NCBI GenBank assembly: GCA_964510585.1
Contig: CAZECW010000038.1
Span: forward strand, 1-32,000
Direction: 5' to 3'
DNA length: 32,000 nucleotides
Source of the DNA: an uncultured archaeon
Lineage (GTDB): Archaea > Asgardarchaeota > Jordiarchaeia > Jordiarchaeales > Jordiarchaeaceae
Position 1 is the stretch's first letter. The number at the start of each line of letters is the position of its first letter. Position numbers and translations under genes: made by a program. Positions 17,501-25,329 of this stretch are shown in pieces. The notes below the pieces were generated by a model that was not told the DNA's origin, made no database searches, and saw only the letters and a list, made by a program, of their open reading frames with translations.

Positions 17501-18748
17501 ATGTCCGGTGTCTGGTCTCGATATGCCAACGCTAAGCTTTTGGTTCTCTACTTTGCAGGTTTTGTAGGCCCCCTATCTGCAAACACGGTTCTGGCTCTGG
17601 TTCCCACACTGAAAAGCACTTTTAATACGGATGTGGGTACTGTTCTGCTTGCCATAACGGCTTTGATGGTTCCCTTCGCCTTCTTCCAGCTTTTTTCAGG
17701 CACCCTATCCGATGTTTACGGCAGAAGAAAAGTTTTGGTAGTTGGCTTCCTAATTTACGGGATAGGTTTGACTATAATTGGGTTCAGCCCAAGGTTTAGT
17801 ATCTGGGTGTTTATAGGGGCTAGATTCCTCTGTGGAATAGGCTACGCATTTATTGGTCCTGTTTTGCCTGCTTGCATCGGTGACCTCACAAAAATCGAGT
17901 ACCGGGGCAAAGTTATGGGGATCTACTCCTCGGTGCTCACCATGGGAATAGCGGTGGGTCCCTTATTTGCTGGCTTTTTTGCTAAAGAGTGGTGGTACAT
18001 TTACTTTATGATTGCGGGAATGGCCTTTCTCTCCATGATTCTAATATGGCTCGTTTTTGGAACAATTAATACCCCCAGGAATATTACTATGCCTATTTTC
18101 AGCCAAGTTTTCACTGATCTGAAAGAGGTGTGCTCTGTTAGAAGTGTGATGGCGCTAAGCGCCGCGGGTTTTCTGGGTTACGTGGGCTTTATTGGTGTGC
18201 AATCGTTTTTATCTGATACCCTATCTCTGCCACCATTCTACCTAGACTCTGTGTCTATTGGTATGATTCTCTCCGTTGGGGGTGCTGTGGTCATCTTCTT
18301 CGCTCCACTATGCGGATACCTCACAGACCGGTTGGGAAGAGAGAGGGTAGCCTATTTAGGCATCGCTTTGAGCATACTTTCACTTTTTCTACTATTTCTC
18401 TCCAGAGAATTTGCTGGTTTTATGGTTTCAATGGCGCTTAACGGTATTGGGAGCAACCTGTTATGGTTGCCGCTTAACGCCCTTTCCGTGGAGCTCATAC
18501 CAAAACAGAGGGGAGCTACCTCCTCAATTTACAACAGCCTTAGGTTCTCCGGCTATGCTCTTGCACCCTACCTGCTAACCCCAGTATACGAAGATTGGGG
18601 CACCAGCACGGTATCGGGCTTTCAAATCATAATCCTAATGGCAATAATAATAGTACTAATGATAGTTCCCCTCATCCGATACGTAGGTAAGCAAGAGCTA
18701 CCCGAAATGTGTCTGGAAAAATTAGAAAAAACCACGCCCAAAAATTAA
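17501..18748 (+). CDS. MFS transporter (DHA1/drug-like), copy 2, tandem paralogue
   Basis: GTLSDVYGRRKV and GYLTDRLGR; colinear with copy 1 over the full length. Confidence 0.9.
   Translation: MSGVWSRYANAKLLVLYFAGFVGPLSANTVLALVPTLKSTFNTDVGTVLLAITALMVPFAFFQLFSGTLSDVYGRRKVLVVGFLIYGIGLTIIGFSPRFSIWVFIGARFLCGIGYAFIGPVLPACIGDLTKIEYRGKVMGIYSSVLTMGIAVGPLFAGFFAKEWWYIYFMIAGMAFLSMILIWLVFGTINTPRNITMPIFSQVFTDLKEVCSVRSVMALSAAGFLGYVGFIGVQSFLSDTLSLPPFYLDSVSIGMILSVGGAVVIFFAPLCGYLTDRLGRERVAYLGIALSILSLFLLFLSREFAGFMVSMALNGIGSNLLWLPLNALSVELIPKQRGATSSIYNSLRFSGYALAPYLLTPVYEDWGTSTVSGFQIIILMAIIIVLMIVPLIRYVGKQELPEMCLEKLEKTTPKN
17630..17736 (+). repeat. Second copy of the 107-nt block
   Basis: Direct comparison with 16293-16399. 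Confidence 0.9.
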
Positions 18749-18892
18749 TAACACAACCTAACTACTCCAGACAACAAATCCCACTACGCAAATTCACGCA
18801 ACCTTGCTTAAGTTTGCATAAACCTTATTATGGAAACTGTTTCCCTAATTGACAATTTTACCCAAGCAGCTATGTTTAAGGAGCAGATTCAC

Positions 18893-20416
18893 TTGCAGAC
18901 AGATGGAAAAGACCAAAACATTTACCAGGCCATAAATTGTGCTTTGCATCCCCGTTCAATAGCTGTAATTGGAGCCTCACCCGACCACCTTAAGATAGGA
19001 ACCTGGATACTGAGAAACATTTATCTTTTGGGCTACGAGGGTAAGCTTTTCCCCATAAATCCCCGCTACAGTGGAGAGATATGCGGGCTGCAAACCTACC
19101 ATAGCATATTTGAAGTGCCCGGAGAAGTAGACTTGGCCGTGATTGTGGTTCCCAACGATAGGGTTTTGGATGTTTTAGGTGAATGTGCACAGAAGGGCGT
19201 GAAAGTGGCTATTCTGGTTAGCGCAGGTTTTGCGGAGTTCAGTGATGAGGGCAGAGATCTTCAAAATAAGGTAAAATCTTTCGCGAGGGATAAAGGTTTA
19301 CGCTTGATAGGGCCCAACTGCTTGGGGGTTGTGAATCCTGCATATGGATTGAACACCACTACTATGCCCATGATGCCTTCCGTGGGCACTGTGGGTTTCA
19401 TTTCTCAGAGCGGTGGCTTCGCGGGGCAAACTTTCCTCACAGCTAGAAGAATCAACTTGGGTTTCAGTAAAATAGTGAATACAGGTAACGAGGCAGATCT
19501 TGACACCACCGACTTTCTAGAATATTTTGGCGAGGATCCCCAAACCCGTGTAATTATGATGTTTGTGGAGAGCATAAAGAGAGGGCGTCGCTTCTTGGAA
19601 TTAGCCCAAAAAATATCTAGGGAGAAACCGATTCTGTGCCTAAAAGTGGGTAGAACCGAAAGAGGTGCTAAAGCAGCCCTGTCACATACTGGGAACATCT
19701 CTGGATCCCACGAAATTTTTAAGGCAGCGATGCGCCAAGCTGGCGTTATCCTGCCCAGAAACATTGAGGAAATGTTTGAGTGGGCTTTCGCCCTGGCAAA
19801 CCAGCCCCTACCCCAAGGAAACAGAATGGGAATAGTGACAAACTCTGGAGGACCAGGTGTGGCTCTAGTTGACGCCTGCCTAGAACACGGCTTAGAAGTG
19901 CCAGAACTACCCCTACAGGTTCAGAAAAGGCTTAAAGAAATCTTAGCCCCAAACGCCATAACAAAAAACCCAGTGGATTTAACCTTTGCAAGTGACTTCG
20001 GGGTATACGCCAAATGTGTAGAAATAATGTTCGAAGAAGCAGACATAGACGGAATCCTCATCTATGGAGTCTTCGGTGAAGACATCTGGAGACACCTTCT
20101 TAATATGCCTAATCCCACCCCAAAATTTAGGGAGCGCCTGGAGAGGGTCGGCATAGAAAATCTAAAATATTGGAGCGATACTATAGCAAAAACATTCACT
20201 GAGGCTATTCCCAAAATTTTCCAAATAAGCAAAAAGTACCATAAACCCATAATGACCGCAAGCACCTCAGCGCCTTGGGAGGACGCTGCCATAAGGTCTC
20301 TGCCCGAACACGGAATTCCCTTCTTCAGAACACCTGAGGCAGCAGCAGAAGCAATGGCAGTAATGTTAAAATACAGCCTTCATAAGAAAAAGCAAAGTAA
20401 TACAGGGACGAACTGA
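18893..20416 (+). CDS. ADP-forming acyl-CoA synthetase, alpha subunit (AcdA-like)
   Basis: PRSIAVIGAS CoA-binding domain, RLIGPNCLG, FISQSGG, AALSHTG phospho-His motif and NPVDLT. Start placed at TTG 18893 from the AAGGAG SD (ATG 18872 or 18830 are alternatives). Confidence 0.88.
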   Translation: MQTDGKDQNIYQAINCALHPRSIAVIGASPDHLKIGTWILRNIYLLGYEGKLFPINPRYSGEICGLQTYHSIFEVPGEVDLAVIVVPNDRVLDVLGECAQKGVKVAILVSAGFAEFSDEGRDLQNKVKSFARDKGLRLIGPNCLGVVNPAYGLNTTTMPMMPSVGTVGFISQSGGFAGQTFLTARRINLGFSKIVNTGNEADLDTTDFLEYFGEDPQTRVIMMFVESIKRGRRFLELAQKISREKPILCLKVGRTERGAKAALSHTGNISGSHEIFKAAMRQAGVILPRNIEEMFEWAFALANQPLPQGNRMGIVTNSGGPGVALVDACLEHGLEVPELPLQVQKRLKEILAPNAITKNPVDLTFASDFGVYAKCVEIMFEEADIDGILIYGVFGEDIWRHLLNMPNPTPKFRERLERVGIENLKYWSDTIAKTFTEAIPKIFQISKKYHKPIMTASTSAPWEDAAIRSLPEHGIPFFRTPEAAAEAMAVMLKYSLHKKKQSNTGTN

Positions 20417-20551
20417 AAATTAAAGAATGAGATCTAGAAATGTGGATTCTACCAGCCTCTAATCTCCCCGTTTTTGGTTTAAAAATTAAAAAAGGAGACA
20501 TCTAAATTCTCCTTTTTAGAGTCAGGAAATAAAAAATACGTAATAGAGTAA

Positions 20552-21097
20552 ATGGAGGAAAAAGTGTTGAGAAATAATGAAGAAGGAGTCCTAAAGCCAA
20601 AATTGCATAAATCTGTTTTTGTTGCAGAGGGTGCCCAAATATGGGGAGACGTGGAAATCGGTGAAGGTTCCAGTGTGTGGTTCAACGCCGTTATTCGTGG
20701 AGATGAAGGCAAAATCACCATTGGCAGAAACACTAACATACAGGATAACGCGGTTCTACACAGCGACATGTTGGTGGGAATCCAAATAGGAGACAACGTA
20801 ACCATTGGCCACGGAGCAGTAATCCGGGGCTGCAAAATCGGAAACAACGTCATGGTGGGAATGAACTCCACAATTATGACCAACTCCGAAATCGGAGAAA
20901 ACAGCATAGTGGGAGCAAACACCTTTGTTCCCTACGACAAGAAGTTCCCTCCCCGCTCCCTAATCCTGGGAGTACCCGCCAAACTAGTAAGGGAACTAAA
21001 AGAGGAGGAGTTGGAAACAATTAGAATGGCCACCCGAATCTACGAAGGACTGGTGAAAAACTACTCCCAAAAAAGGATTCTAGGATACAAAAAGTAA
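20552..21097 (+). CDS. Gamma-carbonic anhydrase / PaaY-CaiE-like hexapeptide-repeat protein
   Basis: GDVEIGEGSSVWFNAVIRGD, TNIQDNAVLH and VTIGHGAV; left-handed beta-helix repeats. Confidence 0.88.
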   Translation: MEEKVLRNNEEGVLKPKLHKSVFVAEGAQIWGDVEIGEGSSVWFNAVIRGDEGKITIGRNTNIQDNAVLHSDMLVGIQIGDNVTIGHGAVIRGCKIGNNVMVGMNSTIMTNSEIGENSIVGANTFVPYDKKFPPRSLILGVPAKLVRELKEEELETIRMATRIYEGLVKNYSQKRILGYKK

Positions 21098-21184
21098 CAT
21101 GCCCCCCTTTTTTAAATAAAGTCTTAAATATGCCCTGTGAACATTTAAATTAACCTTACCCTGTTCTTAAAAGGAGGATTCAAT

Positions 21185-22858
21185 TTGATGGAAGAAAAAC
21201 CACTCTACACCGTGGAGTATGATTTTGAAAAGCAGAGTCCTTGGGTGAGGCCCAACCGTGTTTGGGAAAAACTGCTTCCCAAGGATGTTCCCAAGACCAT
21301 AAAATATCCCGAAATACCTGTGCACTATATTCCCAGAGAGGCTGCAAGAAGATATCCACACAATCTGGCAATATATTTTGTCCCAGAGGAAAGAAAGTAC
21401 ACTTACAGAGAACTAATGCACTGGAGCGATAAGGTAGCAGCAGGACTAGCGGATCTAGGAGTGGAGAAGGGTGACGGGGTGGGAGTTTACATGACCAATT
21501 CGCCCGAGTTCCTATTCTCACTCTATGGAATAAGTCAGAACGGGGCCTTCACGGTGCCCATAAATCCCATGCTTAAGGCGCCGGACATAAAGCACATAGT
21601 AACAGATTGCGGGGTTATGGATACCCTAATCTGCAGCTCCATACTCTACCCTAACATTGAAAAGGTGAGAGAAGAGGTAGAAATTGAAAATATTATAGTC
21701 TATGGAGAAAAGAGGCCGGGAACCATAAGCCTCCAAGAAATTATGGAGAAGTATCCCCCCAAACCTCCCGAGGTAAAAATTAATCCCAAAGAAGACCTCT
21801 TCACCCTAATGTACACTGGGGGAACCACCGGTCTACCTAAGGGAGTTATGCAGACACACTACAACATTGTGGCAAACGTGTACCAGATGATTGGAATGGA
21901 GCCCGCATCACCCATAGAGGAGGGCCGAGTATCTTGCATAACAGTGCTCCCCATGTGCCACTCATTCGGATTAAGCCAATCCCAACTCTACGTAGCCCAG
22001 AAAGCCATGATGCTAATTTACACTGGTTTCAACCCTGAGCAGGTGATGAAGGCTATAGAACTTTACCGAACTGAAAACTTTGTGGGGATCCCCCTAATGT
22101 TTCAATTCATGGTTAACCATCCCGACTTCGAAAAATACAACCTAAAATCACTGTTCAGAGTAATATCGGGAGCTGCACCAATTCCCGAGGATCTTGTCAA
22201 GAAGTGGAAAAAGGTGGTAGGCTCAGATGTTGGACAAGGTTATGGTCTGAGCGAAGCCAGCCCCACCTGCCACATGAAACCCACCTGGCTTCCCCAGAAG
22301 GGGCTCACCATAGGCATCCCCGTGGTGGACACCGACGCTAAAATTGTGGATGTCGACACCGGCTCCGAACTACCTCCAGGAGAAGTTGGAGAACTAATGG
22401 TGAAGGGGCCCCAAGTCATGAAGGGATACTGGAAAAATCCAGATAAAACAAGAGAAACCATCGAGGACGGCTGGCTTCACACTGGAGACCTAGCCTACAT
22501 GGATGAAGAGGGCTACTTCTACATTGTGGGAAGGCAAAAGGACATAATAAAGTATAAAGGCTACAAAGTGTTGCCCGACGAGGTGGAAGACAAACTGTAT
22601 AATCACCCCGCAGTTTTGGAGTGCGCCGTAATAGGGGTGCCAGACCCGGAAATAGGGGAAACCATCAAAGCCTACGTGGTAATAAAGGAAGAGTATAAGG
22701 GAAAAATTACACCAGAAGAACTGAGAGAGTGGGCAAAGCAAAACATGGCAGGATACAAGTGGCCCAGAATAATAGAATTCATCGACAAGATTCCAAGAAC
22801 AGCCATAGGCAAAGTCTTCCGCAGAGAACTAAGAGAAAAGGAAAAAACTAGGAGCTAA
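21185..22858 (+). CDS. AMP-forming long-chain acyl-CoA synthetase (FadD-like)
   Basis: YTGGTTGLPKG, GYGLSE, HTGDL, GRQKD and PRTAIGK adenylation motifs; AGGAGG SD. Confidence 0.95.
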   Translation: MMEEKPLYTVEYDFEKQSPWVRPNRVWEKLLPKDVPKTIKYPEIPVHYIPREAARRYPHNLAIYFVPEERKYTYRELMHWSDKVAAGLADLGVEKGDGVGVYMTNSPEFLFSLYGISQNGAFTVPINPMLKAPDIKHIVTDCGVMDTLICSSILYPNIEKVREEVEIENIIVYGEKRPGTISLQEIMEKYPPKPPEVKINPKEDLFTLMYTGGTTGLPKGVMQTHYNIVANVYQMIGMEPASPIEEGRVSCITVLPMCHSFGLSQSQLYVAQKAMMLIYTGFNPEQVMKAIELYRTENFVGIPLMFQFMVNHPDFEKYNLKSLFRVISGAAPIPEDLVKKWKKVVGSDVGQGYGLSEASPTCHMKPTWLPQKGLTIGIPVVDTDAKIVDVDTGSELPPGEVGELMVKGPQVMKGYWKNPDKTRETIEDGWLHTGDLAYMDEEGYFYIVGRQKDIIKYKGYKVLPDEVEDKLYNHPAVLECAVIGVPDPEIGETIKAYVVIKEEYKGKITPEELREWAKQNMAGYKWPRIIEFIDKIPRTAIGKVFRRELREKEKTRS

Positions 22859-23370
22859 ATCTTTGAGAGCCGCGCCTTCCAGTCACGTATGGAATACATT
22901 AATTCCCCGCCATCCTGGTCTGAGAGTCTTTCTTGTGGATAGTTTCTCAGTTTTCTACTCCACTGCGTAATCTGATAAAGCACGCTCGATTGGGTTGGGG
23001 AGAGCCCCATCACCCAGTCCCTAATATTGTCCAACTCGTTGCACATGGATTTGATGTGAGTTCCCTCCTGAACTAGTTCCTCCAAGTTTTTGAATTTGCT
23101 GTCAATGGGGCGCGTAAGCACCGTGGAAATCTCAGCCACCCGCTCCTCTTTTTTCTCAAAAGTTATGGGCTTGGGAGGTGGAGCCTCCTTCTCTAGTTCC
23201 CTAATGTGCTCAGGGATAACCACTTCTTCCCTGTATCCAGCAAGTGAAAGCGCTGCGGAGAGCGCCGAAGTCGCCTCATCTATCTTCTCAGAAATGTCTC
23301 CTAAAAGGGCAATCGCTTTTCTAAGAGCTTTTTTCAATTCCTCTCTCTTTTCTGCTTCACTCAAAACCAA
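22855..23370 (-). CDS. Hypothetical all-alpha protein (N-terminal coiled coil, Pro-rich linker, C-terminal helical bundle; Vps28-CTD-like motif)
   Basis: 171-aa ORF with AAGGTGG SD fills the gap between the ligase and uvrC; its stop codon overlaps that of the ligase. The gene call is firm but the domain assignment is tentative. Confidence 0.75.
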   Translation of the reverse strand: MVLSEAEKREELKKALRKAIALLGDISEKIDEATSALSAALSLAGYREEVVIPEHIRELEKEAPPPKPITFEKKEERVAEISTVLTRPIDSKFKNLEELVQEGTHIKSMCNELDNIRDWVMGLSPTQSSVLYQITQWSRKLRNYPQERLSDQDGGELMYSIRDWKARLSKI

Positions 23371-23514
23371 ACCACCTTCTAAAATGCATCGTCATACTTG
23401 TATAAAAAATTATGAACCTTTACAGTTATAAGGCTTTCAGATGAAAAAACCGAAAAACAGTACCCAAATACTCAAACCCAATTGTAGATGGAGCAACCGC
23501 CTAAAAAGTGGGAG

Positions 23515-25329
23515 CTATTCCTCCACCTCTTTGGTTTCCCTCAAGTATTCATGTATTCTTTTAGCCACATCCTCACTTATGTTTGGCACCCTCATTATAT
23601 CCTCAACTGTGGCCTTCCTCAAGTTTTCCAGAGAACCAAAATGCTTCAAAAGCGCATTCCTCCTATTCTCCCCCACACCGGGAATAGATTCCAACAATGA
23701 TTCTTTAAGTTTCTTTTCCCGAAGCTTCTTATGATAACTGAGAGCAAACCTGTGAGCCTCATCCCTCACCCTCCGAAGAAGAAATAACGCCTTTGAATCC
23801 GAAGGCAAACTAATAGGCTCAACCCTCCCCGACACATATAGGTTCTCAAACCTCTTCGCCAACCCCACAACTGGAACATTTAAACCAAGACGCTCAAGGC
23901 TCCTCAGCGCAGCATTAAGCTGCCCCACCCCCCCATCAACAAGAATAAGGTTGGGCACCACTTCACCCCTCTCCTTCAACCCCCTATATCTCCGGTAAAC
24001 AATTTCCCCCATCATTTGGGGATCATCAGGACCCTTAACTGTCTTAATCCTAAATCTCCGATAATCCTCCTTCTTCGGCCACCCATCCTCAAAAACAATG
24101 AGAGAGCCCACAGCATCCTCTCCCAAAATATTGGAAACGTCAAAAGCCTCTATCCTAACAGGAGGCTCAGGCAAGTTCAACAATTTTTGTAGGTCTCTCA
24201 CAGCATACAAAGTCAACTCTCTCTCCAGCTCACTCTTCCTCATCCTCTCATTAAGAACCATTACCGCAATTTTCTTAGCATAATTTAACCGCTCCCGCTC
24301 CTCCTCCGTGAGTGGCGTACGGATCTCAACTTTTTCTCCCTTCCTCTTCTCCAACCACTTCTCAACAAGCTCCCTATCTTCAAAGTCCCTCTCAACAACT
24401 ATTTTTTCTGGAAGAACCTCCGCATCAATATAGAACTGCTTCACGAATCCCCCCAACAACTCTTCATCTGCGGCATCACCCTTCTCCTCCCTCACGAAGT
24501 CCTTCTTGTCAACAATCCTCCCACTCTGCAGAAAAAGAAGCTCAATACAAACCCTCCTATCCAGCCTCTCTAACGCTATAATGTCAGTATCCCTAGACTT
24601 GGTGGACAAAATCTTCTGGCGACCAATGGCCTTCTCCACACCCACAATACGATCCCTAATTTTGGCAGCGTCCTCAAACCTCAACTCCTGGGAAGCCCTC
24701 TCCATCTCCAAATAAAGCTGCTCCACCAACTCCTCCCTCTCACCCGCCAAGAAAAGAAGAAGCTGCTCCACACGATTCAAATACTCTTCACGACTAATCT
24801 TCCCCACACAGGGAGCCGAACAATTATTAATATGATACTCAAGACAAGGCCTCCTCATCCTACCCATCTGCACAACACTCTCAGAACCACAAATACCAAA
24901 CAGGCGCCGAATATACTTCAAATTCTCCTTAACCTTCTTAAAACGAGTGTAGGGGCCAAAGTACTTCGCCCCATCATCCACAAGTTCACGAGTAGTCAAA
25001 ACCCTGGGAATCTCCTCATTCACAGTCACCTTAATATAGGGAAACTTTTTGGAGTCCTTCCAAGCCACATTATACTTGGGCTGATACTTCTTAATCAAGT
25101 CACACTCAAGAATCATAGCCTCAGTCTCATCACCAGTAACAATGTACTCCAAACTGGCAACATTATTCACCAAAGAATCCTTAGCATCAGTCTTCCTTGA
25201 AGACCCAAAGTAAGTTCTGACCCGGTTCCTGAGGTTGCGAGCCTTACCCACATAAATAACCTTCCCATCGGCATCTCTCATAATATAAACGCCAGGTTCC
25301 TCGGGAGCCTCCTTAACACGCTGCTCCAT
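23515..25329 (-). CDS. uvrC: Excinuclease ABC subunit C
   Basis: PGVYIMRD...[19 protein letters not shown] domain, [16 protein letters not shown] and C-terminal Hh[10 protein letters not shown]. Confidence 0.97.
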   Translation of the reverse strand: MEQRVKEAPEEPGVYIMRDADGKVIYVGKARNLRNRVRTYFGSSRKTDAKDSLVNNVASLEYIVTGDETEAMILECDLIKKYQPKYNVAWKDSKKFPYIKVTVNEEIPRVLTTRELVDDGAKYFGPYTRFKKVKENLKYIRRLFGICGSESVVQMGRMRRPCLEYHINNCSAPCVGKISREEYLNRVEQLLLFLAGEREELVEQLYLEMERASQELRFEDAAKIRDRIVGVEKAIGRQKILSTKSRDTDIIALERLDRRVCIELLFLQSGRIVDKKDFVREEKGDAADEELLGGFVKQFYIDAEVLPEKIVVERDFEDRELVEKWLEKRKGEKVEIRTPLTEEERERLNYAKKIAVMVLNERMRKSELERELTLYAVRDLQKLLNLPEPPVRIEAFDVSNILGEDAVGSLIVFEDGWPKKEDYRRFRIKTVKGPDDPQMMGEIVYRRYRGLKERGEVVPNLILVDGGVGQLNAALRSLERLGLNVPVVGLAKRFENLYVSGRVEPISLPSDSKALFLLRRVRDEAHRFALSYHKKLREKKLKESLLESIPGVGENRRNALLKHFGSLENLRKATVEDIMRVPNISEDVAKRIHEYLRETKEVEE

